Shown here piece by piece: positions 42,110-53,182 of a stretch of 64,000 nucleotides of DNA. Within the stretch, counting starts at the first letter, position 1. Each line of letters opens with the position of its first letter. The translations under genes were made by a program, and so were the position numbers. This DNA is from the human T2T-CHM13v2.0 reference genome, Homo sapiens. The DNA lies in assembly GCF_009914755.1 (NCBI RefSeq), contig NC_060933.1; one strand, written 5' to 3'. The notes under the pieces were generated by a model that made no database searches, was not told the origin of the DNA, and was given only the letters and a program-made list of their open reading frames with translations.

Positions 42110-43326
42110 GGATGGGCTATAAGTGAGTTGAGACGAGAGACATTGCAAAACATCTGATAGGGCACAGGACAGCCCCTACGATGAAGAATTATCTAGCCCA
42201 AAATGTCTACAGTGCTGAGATTGAGAAAGCTGGATTTAGACTCTTTGAGGTTCAGTTTCCTACATGTGTGTATGTATACTCACCTCACCATAGTTCTTGT
42301 GAGATAAAATAAGATTGCTATGTGAAAAGTCCCATATAATAAGCATTATCCTCATTATTCAAGATAAATAATAATTTATTCTAAAAATATTCATTGTGAA
42401 ACACTAAGTATTCCTATCATCTTATTCAATAGGCTACCACCGGCTCTTTTACCAGATTAATTTCATTTTACTGAATAAAGATCAAAATTAAATACATCCT
42501 AACCTGTGTTCTCACATCTCAGTGAACACAACTTTATTTTAGTTTTTACCACATTATATTAGTTACACATCTCTTTATGTAAACTATTTTTCTCCTTGAG
42601 AGTATGGATTACACTTCACTTCCCATGGTGCTATTCCAAAGTTGACACTCAGTAAATAGTAGAAGTATTGTTATTTGAAATGTTCAGTTATGAATGGATA
42701 TGAATTGTTAAAACCATCATATTACTGAAGAAAACCTTCAACTGCAAGTCACTGCAAGCTTGACTTAAGGACCCAAAGAAAAAGAGCAAGAAGTCTGAAT
42801 CTGGACATTGATTGTCATGGACCCAACAATGTCAGACATGAGATATCAGGACCATCTTCTCTCTGTTTTTTTGCTTTTCCCTTAAGGCTGGCCTTTCACT
42901 TCAGTTCTAGGTATCATAATGTACTCAAGATAGAAAGTAGAGGAAAGTGAGAAGTGTTGCTTTGGCTGCACCTATACTTTAATTTCAGAAAACCAAAACT
43001 TTCTTAGAAGGTTCCCTGATTCTGTCTACATATCACGAGCTGGCAGTTGGTTACACACAAATCTCTCTCTGCAAAAAGGGCTTAGAGAGTATATGTATTT
43101 CCAGTCTCCGTATTGAAATGTTCAGGGGAAAAGGAGCTGATAATGGCTTTTGGGAAGCCATCCATCCCTACAAGCTTTCTTGAGCATTCTGGACATAGTA
43201 CTCTATTTTGAAATGAATATCGTGTTCATGGAGTTAGGATTTAAAAAGGGGAATTACACATTTTAAAGTGCTTGGAGATCTGAGAGATATTGACATTTTA
43301 GTTAAATGTGAAAACTCCCCTGCTGC

Positions 43327-43443
43327 TTTTTTTTTGAGACAGAGTTTCATGCCCAGGCTGGTCTCAAACTCCTGGGTTCAAGTGATCCTCCTGCCTCAGC
43401 CTCCAGAGTAGCTGAGACTACAAGCACATATCAGCATGCCCAT
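43327..43443 (-). mobile_element. FLAM-like Alu monomer
   Basis: Poly-T, then GAGACAGAGTTTC...CCAGGCTGGTCTCAAACTCCTGGG...GTAGCTGAGACTACA; single monomer. Confidence 0.8.
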
Positions 43444-44175
43444 CTTCTCCCTCTAATTTTATCTTCCCATTAAATAGAAAATGAGCCTTGAGAGGTTTAC
43501 TGTCAGGCATAACAAATACCAAGAACACAGAATTGTTTGATGTTATGTTTTTAAAAAGTATCAATATGTTAATAATCTGTTATTTTAAAATAAAGTCAAT
43601 AATAAAGAGGTAATAGAGGACCTGTGTCATTTAGGAGGACTATAGTATGCAATTCCTTTTCTCATCTGAGAGATAGTTCCTACTGATACAGTATTGTAAG
43701 AATATAGTGTCTTTGCTTTGATTATGGACTCTAAAAAGAAAAACTCCTTCTTTCCATGGCTTCAAAGCAGGGCACAGGCAGTCATAAAACTTAGTATCCG
43801 CCAGCTGCATCGTCCTACCTGGGACTTCAAGTTCCTTAACAAAAGTAGGAGGAGGGTTTATTCACGGTAGTTGCGTGAGAGTAACCAGTGGCAGGTGGCT
43901 CTCCAACAATGGTGGGGTGTCTCTGCCAGGCTGTTCCCTTTAAAAGATCCTTATGTTTACTATGTTCCTTCTGAAACAAAAATTCTTTTCTTTGTTTAAG
44001 AAACCAAAATCAGATGTAGGTTTGCAAACAAGGCCGTGATGGATACTGCAACTATTGGTAGATACACATTTTTCTGTTTGCAAAGTTAAATATAGTCAAA
44101 TAGAGTTTATAAAGTTGAAGGACGAAAACAGATTTGCATCTTACAGGTTTTCTTTTCTACTTGCAAACCGAAAGT

Positions 44176-44233
44176 AGATTGTTAGTAATAAGATTGTAAT
44201 AAGATTGTAAGTAGTAAGATTGTTAGTAATAAG
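44176..44233. repeat. Short imperfect tandem repeat built on (TA)AGATTGT
   Basis: AGATTGTTAGTAATA-AGATTGTAATA-AGATTGTAAGTAGTA-AGATTGTTAGTAATAAG. Confidence 0.85.
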
Positions 44234-47129
44234 TCAACAACAGGCTCCAGAAAAAAATGGAAATATAAATGGTCCCCAATTTGGCATTTTGGAATTTGAG
44301 GCTTATATAGTATGAGCAAAATAAACTCCTCCTGCTTCTATGAATTCTTTGCACTTTTTCTCTATAATTCCTTATCAAGCAATGGGTTTGTCTGTTAACC
44401 AAGACTATACATAAAATGTATTCCCGTAGTTCCTTTTATTACATTTTTTCTTTGTTGTTACTAGTGGAGAAGCTAACAAGAGCAGAATTTCCTGCCCAAC
44501 CGTAGCAAATACAGAAAATCAAAAAGAGAAGCTTTGATACAGCCAGTGTAGATACAGCTAGGACGTCATGAATCAGAGCTCCCACACACGATGATAATGG
44601 AAACATCTTATCCATATCTGATTTGCTCACATATAGTTATTTAGACAACAAATTTTACATTCCTGGATAGGGAGCCTCCGATTTGATTTCAATCTCATAG
44701 TCCAGGTAGGTGTAAAATGACTGCCAAGCCAGCAGACATAAATCTGTATTATCTCATTTTCATCACAGTCTCTGCATTGGGAAAAAAATGTGAGTGAAAA
44801 GACATTTTCTCCCACCTTGTTAAGTACACAATTACATAGTTTAAAGAAGATAAGAATTTCAAATTGTTAGAATGATATCATTATTCAAATGATTCCCTGA
44901 GAACTTCAAGTATTCCCCTTCCCCCAAATGTAGGCAGGGCAAAATAGAACCAGTAGGAATGAAAAATGTTAATTGTTTCAGGTTCTGTAATTTTGGGTTT
45001 AATGACTCAGGCTATGTGCTACTGAGTAAAATACTCATCTGGAGAAAAAGACTGTTGCATGACATATTTCTGATTAAGGACAATTTAAACTAATTCTAAG
45101 AAAACTCTTACATACTGCACATGCCATAAAATAAGCAATCCATTTAGAAGCCAAATGAACACATATGAGCAAAGTGGGTGAATTACGGCTGCCTTGGGAG
45201 CCTTGGTGTTACTTCTCCTTACGCTTGTAGGCTTAAATGATTGCTGCAGCATAGATATTGACAAATGGATATAGTTACACAGTGAGGCCTCGTGGGTTGA
45301 CACAAATGCTGGTTGCTGTGAAAATACTCAGCAGTCGGAGGAACAGGAAGTGTCCATGGCTGCATTTGCAAATTTGTTCAGTTGCTCTCAAATTGCTAGC
45401 TTTCTGATGTGATCTCTGCTCATTTCCCCCACCCTAGCACCTGCCTCACTCTAGCACCCGTTTATGCCATTGCCCCCAAAAGAAGCCTTGCCATTTGACC
45501 AATTGTCCCATGCCCATTTTCAGACACCTCAGAATCTCTTCTCCCATCTCCGCTGTAAACTCAAGTTTCTTAAACCTTTCCAGAGCAAGTCCAGTCCAAT
45601 CCAATCACATTGTTCCGTTGGGAATATCTTTGCTAATGGCAGCAGTGGGTGGAGAGAGGTCCTTGCCGTTATTTTGTCAATGTGTCTTGATCCTGTCTTT
45701 TCCAATTAATGATAAGTTCCTTGATGACAGGACCCATCTCTTTTTCCTCCTTCACTTCCCACAGTGGCCATAGAATAAATATAGACAGTATAGCCTATTA
45801 GGGAAAAGTGATTTACACAGAAATGAAGCATTCTTACTTTTTATTTCCAGTTGCCCAAAGACTTAGCAAAGTTGATCCTGCTACCTAATGAGGCATCTCT
45901 CATTCCCACAGTCTCTGCCTAGCTCCCCGCATATTAGAAAAATGTGACAATTTACAACTTTGATGGGGAGCTAGGAACATTCGTTCCTGGAGCAGGTTAA
46001 ACTGTTAGCAGGGTGGAAACTATTTCTTCAAACTAGATGTAATCTGCAATTCTAGTAAAGCACTTAGCAACAATTCCAGTTGATCCTCACTTGTGAGTTT
46101 ATATGCGTAATACCCACAAGGGCCGTACCCATGTTTGTTTTGTTTATTTTTGTATCAAAAACCTTAGCCTAGAAACTAGTGCAAAGGAGTCGAAGACCCT
46201 GTCCATTCATATATTCAGCAAATACATTGAGCACCCACACACCCACAAAGTGTGTGTCTTTTGTTCACTGCTGTCTTCCCCATACCTAGGGAAGGTAGGG
46301 ACTGCCTTCTTGGTTAACTTCTGGCTCAAAAAAAGTAAGAGCTAAGAATTAGCAATGCTTACTCTGTGCCTGGCACTTTTTAAAGTATATTACATGTATT
46401 TTAGATGTTTAATCTTTATAGTATCCTACAAATTAGGGATTATTAATATCCTTATTTTTACAGATGTGAAAATTCAGACACTTTTCTGCATAAATATGTA
46501 CATAGTACTTATGTGTTGTAATATACACATTACAATATAGCATATATTTGTCATATAACATAACATGTATATGCACATAAATACATACTATAATACACAT
46601 AGCATATATTATATGTAATACATATCATATATACATATATACATGTACATATGTTCATGTATTGATATAAACATATATTCACACACATACCCATATAACA
46701 CTGATAAAAATGAAGTTGCTCTAGTGTAAGCGTGATGGCAAGAAGGGCTGAAATCTGCTGGCCTTTCGTCTTGTCGTCACCCATCCCCTCCATATCCTCT
46801 AAGGCACTTTCTCAGAGCCCAGTTTGAAACCACTCATCTAGCCCTTGTCTCTCATTTTACATTTGAAGAAAGTGAGGCTCAGAGAGGGAAAGTGACTTAT
46901 TTAAGGTCTCACAGCTTCATTAGCTGTGGGCTAAAGGCTGAGCCAAGACTAGAATGCCCCAATTTTCAGATAAAAAAAGCTGAAGCTCAGGGATATTGTC
47001 ATTTACCCATGAGCTCACAGGCAGGAAGTGGTGAAACTATCATTAAACTACGGTTGGCCTTGTTCTTTTGTGGTTTCATTTCACTAAGCCTCTGACACCC
47101 TGACCTCAACTTCCTTCTGTAGATATGTC

Positions 47130-47690
47130 ACCTGGCCTCCTTCAGTCTAAGACACTACACACTGGCCACACACTTTGTCATCCTCATAGACTGACAACCT
47201 GCTCTCACATACCCTGCTTTCTTACTGTGTAGGCTCTCTTTTCTTGCTCAGAATGTCCTTCCCCACTTCTTCATGTGCCAACTCCTAGTCATCCTACAAG
47301 AACCACATTCACTTTAAGTTTCTTTTGAAGCCTTTTCAGTGTCCCATACCCTGATCCCATTACCTCTTCTATGTATGCAGGGCTTGCTTCATGCTTGTGT
47401 AACCCAAGGGCCCTGCATTTGATTTAACACATTTTAAAATTCTTAACAATTTATGAAAAAGGAAACCCATATGTTCATTCTGCCCTGGACCCTGCAAATT
47501 ATGCAGCCAATCCTGTGTGTGTTTTTTCATGTTGCGTAGACTCTATTACAGTCAGTAACATATTGAGAAAGAGTGTGTGTCTCCTCTGATAGTCTATGAG
47601 CTCCTTGAAGCAAGAGGCTTGTCTTAGTCATTGCTGTATCCTCACACCAGACTCTACGGGATGCTCAGGATTCACCTGTTGATCTGTGAG
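47130..47690 (+). mobile_element. L2 3' fragment, interrupted by MER45A
   Basis: CAGAATGTCCTTCCCCACTT...AACTCCTAGTCATCC...CTATGAGCTCCTTGAAGCAAG...GTATCCTCACACC. Confidence 0.65.
47378..47515 (+). mobile_element. MER45A (hAT-Tip100) DNA transposon
   Basis: CAGGGCTTGCTTCATG...AAATTCTTAACAATTT...GGACCCTGCAAATTATGCAGCCAATCCTG. Confidence 0.8.
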
Positions 47691-48589
47691 GAAGCCCAAG
47701 GCTCAGTTAATGCCCCCCACCCTCCTTCCATAACAGTCTCCTGATTAGGAAACAGTGCTTGACCTCTAGACAATCTGAGTATCCACTCCAGGAAGTGGAA
47801 CATTGCCTTCCCAATGTTGAAACTGTTAGCACTCAATCATGTTTCAGGAACATATAGAAGGTATGTGCCTATTCTGCTTCAATTGCTTTCCAAAATAAGT
47901 ATACGAAAGTGGATAGAAAATATTTTAGTTTGATGAAGTAAGAATGTTATGAGGCAAAAGGAACTGACTTATCCCACTGGGTGGGGATTAGGTCTGGAAT
48001 AAGATTGCACCATGACTAAAATGACTTCTTTAGCCAATGACATTCCTGAAGATTGGATCAGAGTAAAGTTAAACTAACCTACTCAAGGAAGACTTTCCTA
48101 AATCAGCCCCTTTGCTGTATAATTTAGTATGGAGAGCTGATTGTGGGTTTTTCTTGTTTCATTGTTTAATACATAGAGGTTTCACATTTCATTTTGAAAC
48201 AGAAAGAGGGACTGGAAGAGATAAGTTAGTATGAGTGAGGAAAAGATTAGAAGGTAGAGATAGGATCGCAATGCTGTTATCACCTTTGCTTTATTGATAA
48301 TCTCAGGAAGGACTAGACTGCTAAGAAAGAGGAGCCCAGATTGGAATAAAAGAGACGATGCCAGGATCAGCCTGTGAGAGGATGTCTCACTTAGTACACC
48401 TCAAGGATCATGTCAGCTGAGCATCTATACCCCGCGTGATGAATATTGCATACAGACTCTGCCTTCAAGTCATCCCCCATTCGACAAGCATTTATTTAAG
48501 GTTCTTACATTCCAGGACTTGTACTAGATGCTAGAAACAAACAGATAAGGAAAACGTAGGAAAATGCTTCTCTCAGGAAGCAATATTGT

Positions 48590-48805
48590 ATATGAGTGGT
48601 GAAGAGCTTCAAATCTGGGGCCAAACTGCTGGGTTTGAAATTTGGCTTGGCCACCTACTGGCTGTGAAATCTTGGGCAACTTTCTTAATCACTCTGTGCC
48701 TCAGTTTCTTCATCTGTAAAATGAAATAGCCATAGTACTTATTACAAATAGGTAATAATTAGTGAGAATTAATTTGAGTCAATACATAAAAATGACTCAG
48801 AATAA
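48590..48805 (+). mobile_element. MIR SINE
   Basis: TCTTGGGCAACTTTCTTAATCACTCTGTGCCTCAGTTTCTTCATCTGTAAAATG core. Confidence 0.85.
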
Positions 48806-49284
48806 AAGACCAGCTAAGAATATATACACACATACTTAGCTACTTATAATCTAGTAGGAAAGATGGGTATGTTATCAGAGGACTTACCATGCAAGACATT
48901 TGAAGACAAATCCCTGAAGTCTAGAGTGACACATCACCAATGGCTGATTGAATGCCACTGAGGTCATCAGCAATGGTAATGGAACACCTAAATATGACAC
49001 CAAATGGACACCATAATAGCCTTAATCTCTGGAAGCTTTCAAATCACACTATATGGTTCTGGAGGCACTTAGACTGTCCACCTTCCATGGATGATTCTGG
49101 TTAGAAAGGAGGCAATGGGCAATGGCAAGGAGTGAGGGGAGAGATAGGGAAGTTTGCCTATGGCTCCTCACTACAGGGCCACATGGGAGAAGGCACAGCT
49201 AGGACCTCTTCCATTATGTGTATATATGGAAGTAGGGAAGGACTTCCCTTAATCTCTTATCTCTTTGTTACTTTGTGACAGTGC

Positions 49285-49597
49285 TTCTTTTTTTTTCTCT
49301 TTTTCCTTCTTTTTTTTTGAGACTGAGTCCCCCTCTGTTGCCCAGGCAGGAGTGCAGTGGCGTGATCTTGGCTCACTGCAACCTGCCTCCCTGGTTCAAG
49401 TGATTCTCTTGCCTTAGCCTCCTGAGTAGCTGGGATTACAGGCACAGGCCACTACGTCCAGCTAATTTCTGTATTTTTAGTAGAGATGGGGTGTCACCAT
49501 GTTGGCCAGGCTGTTCTCGAACTCCTGACCTCAGGTGATCCTCCTGCCTCAGCCTCCCAAATTGCCAGGATCACATGCATAAGCCACTATGCCAGGC
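49285..49597 (-). mobile_element. AluS (Sx-like)
   Basis: Antisense dimer containing CTGACCTCAGGTGATCC; degenerate T/C tail. Confidence 0.92.
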
Positions 49598-49648
49598 AAA
49601 TGGTGTTTCTATCTCAATAAATATCAACAACAGACACCGAAAGTCTAA

Positions 49649-49977
<329 letters not shown>

Positions 49978-51660
49978 GGAAATTACTTTTAATAAACTTC
50001 TCCAGTGGCTCCCTAATGTCAAGCAGCATATGTAATTACATTGGGACAAGCACTGCGTCCTGGAACTAGCCTGAATAGCCACACTGCTATGGCAAGAGGT
50101 CATCCTGGTTGGTCAGGCTTCTTCCAAAACATGAGAAATATTGACAGCGGACAGAGTGCCATTGTCTGGCTGTGAAAATGTTTCTGTTGTTTATGAGTTA
50201 ATCTGAACTGTTCACGAATGAAAATGCCGTTAGTCCTCTGAGTCTGGTTTTTCTTTCTCACCCCTTCACTTTGGAAGACAGCCTGCTTTCCAATGAAATT
50301 CACATCCTAGATAAGACCGTTGCTGCACAGGCAAGATAGCAGACATCAAGGCTTACGGGCAATGGAAGTTATGACCAAATCAAAACCACTGCTCTGTGTC
50401 CTGTCCAACAGAGATAGGACATTTATATTCATATTTGGCTAAGTTTCTCAATCAGTGATTGATGAACTAAAGCTCATCTTCATAGTAAGGTGATGTAATT
50501 TTCCTCTTTGGATGATATTTGCATTGTAAATCTGTTAGAAGGCAGGAATGGCACAGTCTCACTGTGTAATAATATCTCAAAGCAGAGCTATAGTCAGAGG
50601 GAATTTTTTTTAATAGAATCTGAGAAATAGTGCATTTCATATAAAATTTTGAAACAGATTGGGTGGGAGAATGCCAGATAACTAGTTATTGCAGGAGTGG
50701 GGGGTGATGAACTGTGGAAACGGATTTAGGCTCTTTCAAATCCCCAAGGTTCCCTATGCCAACGTGTGGCTATAATGTGGAAAATACAGCAACAGGGAAC
50801 CCTGAACACTCAGATCCTAAATGCCTTGCAAATAATCAGATGTGCTTTTTCTAGAAAGCCTCATGATTTTCTTAGCTTAGCTATGAAAATGGATTTCATT
50901 TTACTTTTTTCTAAACAAGTCTTTCCACTGAATGGCAACTTTAGTACTCAAAGGCTTCTGTCTTGGCCTCTTCATTGTAATTTTAAATCAGTTTTAACGG
51001 GTCAGAATTCTAAGCCGAGAGTCATTATTTGGGAAAAATTTTCTCAAAAATTTTTAGCAAGAAATGGACACATTTTTACTTAATTCTGAAAAACATCTTT
51101 TTCTATTTGCCTTGATTAAATTTCTTTTGAGTCTTAAAAATAACATTTACACTGTTGGGCTTGCAAACATTCTGCAGATTTTCTTTGTAACATTTATACA
51201 TATTACTCCACTGTTTGTTCAGCCACAGAAGTGGCCTTTCTTTGGGCTTTCTCCCCACTTTAGTTTTAGCCAAAAATGAAGTGCTAATCCCACGTGGTGG
51301 GCAGACATGTGGCCTGCTCCTCCTAAAAACCTCAGCCACCAGCCAGTGTGATCAGAGGGCTTTAAAATGTCTCTTCAGGCCCAGGTGACAGACTGGGAAG
51401 TGGATTGTGAAAAACCAGGAATATCAAACTCTGTTTTTCTCTCCATGTTGGAAAGCATTTGTCCTCTGAGCAGAGGTGAGGAAGGGCCATTTTCTCAGGT
51501 CCCTACTAGCAGCATGCCACATTCTGCCTTCATCTTGATGAACATCTGTCTGCCCCTACCTGAAAGTGATTTATTGAAAAAGCCTCAGTGTGTGTGCTTC
51601 CAGGAAAATGCAGCTGCTCTACTCCCACACTGCCTTGGTGAAGAGCACCCTCTGCATGGA

Positions 51661-51996
51661 GCTCACATTATTAATCATTAGAGAAATGCAAATCAAAACA
51701 GCAGTGAGATACTATCTCACACCAGCCAGAATGGCTGTTATTAAAAAGTCAGAAAATAACAGATGCTGGCGAGGTTGTGGGGAAAAAGGGGAATGTTTAG
51801 ATGCTGCTGTTGGGAATGTAAATTAGGTTAGCCATTGGGGAAAGTAGTTTGGTGTTTTCACGAAGAACTTAAAACAGAGCTACCATTTGACTCAGCAACC
51901 CCATTACTGGGTATCTACTCAAAGGAATATACACTCTCCTCCTATAAAGATACATGCATGTATATGTTCATCACAGCATTAATAGCAAAGACCTGG
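51661..51996 (+). mobile_element. Isolated L1 (older L1PA/L1PB-like) ORF2 C-terminal fragment without 3' UTR or tail
   Basis: ORFs give LIIREMQIKTAVRYYLTPARMAVIKKSENNRCWRGCGEKG and ELPFDSATPLLGIY..KDTCMYMFI, the L1 ORF2p cysteine-rich region. Confidence 0.9.
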
Positions 51997-52047
51997 GTTC
52001 TCAAATTTAAGGGAGAAAGTCCACATAATTGAATGATGCTCCAGTCC

Positions 52048-52494
52048 TGTGGAAATAGCCTGAGACCACCCAAATGATAGCAAGCAAAGGCTATTTATTT
52101 AGAGCTTGCTACAGCATGCTGTCAGCTGCCAGCATTTGTGTTTGACAAAAGATTGACAGGCAGGCAGGGGAGTGGGAAAGCTGTATAGTAAAGGGAAGGC
52201 CCCAGGTGCACTCTGATTGGAGTTTGTTAACATGTGAAGCCAAGACACTAACTAGAATAAGGACATCTCATGTGATTGATTAGGGAGCGTACCGGACTTC
52301 CTCTGATTGGGCCTGAGTTGGAAGGAGGGAGTTGGAGACAGAGAGATAGAAACTGTCAGTTATTGACCAAGTCTTGACCTTTCTGGACCAGTTGCTGTGG
52401 AGGGTGTGGGTTTAGCTTGCTGGGCTTCTTATGTGGATTGGAGTTTATTGTCATATATGGCCTGGCATTGTCCATCTGAGTATTCAGTCTCTCA
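52048..52494 (-). mobile_element. ERV1-class solo LTR (MER89/MER90/MER110 group)
   Basis: Reverse complement begins TGAGAGACTGAATACTCAGATGGACAATGCCAGGCCATATATGACAAT; TG...CA termini; several CCAAT boxes; poly(A) signal. Confidence 0.65.
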
Positions 52495-52535
52495 ATTGGT
52501 ATGAAGGAAATACTGACATGTCATTAAGTGTAGAG

Positions 52536-53182
52536 CTGTGCTGTTCAGTGCAGCAGCCACCTTGCGTGGCTATTGAGCAACTGAAATGTAGCTGATCAGA
52601 AATGAAATGTGCTGTGACCGGGCGCGGTGGCTCAAGCCTGTAATCCCAGCACTTTGGGAGGCCGAGGTGGGCGGATCACGAGGTCAGGAGATCGAGACCA
52701 TCCTGGCTAACATGGTGAAACCCCATCTGTACTAAAAATACAAAAAAAAAGAAAACCAAAAATTAGCCAGGTGTGGTGGTGGGCGCCTGTAGTCCCAGCT
52801 ACTCAGGAGGCTGAGGCAGGAGAATGGCGTGATTCCCGGATGTGGAGCTTGCAGTGAGCAGAGATGGCACCACTGCACTCCAGCCTGGGGTGACAGAGCG
52901 AGACTCTGTATCAAAAAAAAAAGAATTGAGATATGCTGTAAGTGCACAATATGCATGCATTTCAAAGCTTCTATATAAAAAAGAAAAAAATATCATGAAT
53001 AGTGTTTTAATATTTAGTACATGTTAAAATGATAATTTGGAGTCTATATTAGATTAAATAAAAATATTAAAATCAATTTCACTTCTTTCCTTTTACTTTT
53101 TTTAATGTGGCCAGGAGAAAATTTTAAATTTTATTCGTGGGTCACATTTCTGGCTTGCATTCTATACTGATCGGATAGTGCT
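52536..53182 (-). mobile_element. MER33 (hAT-Charlie), split by AluY
   Basis: CTGTGCTGTTC...GTGGCTATTGAGCAACTGAAATGT on the left; ...TTTTTTAATGTGGCC...GGCTTGCATT...GGATAGTGCTG on the right. Confidence 0.85.
52616..52921 (+). mobile_element. AluY
   Basis: GATCACGAGGTCAGGAGATCGAGACCATCCTGGCTAAC, GAATGGCGTGA, GGAGCTTGCAGTGAG. 18-bp TSD AGAAATGAAATGTGCTGT / AGAATTGAGATATGCTGT. Confidence 0.95.

Larger units (their letters stand above)
40340..42232 (+). mobile_element. MER20 (hAT-Charlie), split in two by Ricksha
   Basis: 5' half 40340-~40470 (GGGACATTTGACCATGTCCAGAGACATTTTTGGTTTTCACAAC). 3' half ~42111-42232 (GCACAGGACAGCCCC...AAGAATTATCTAGCCCAAAATGTC...TTGAGAAAGCTG). Confidence 0.85.
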
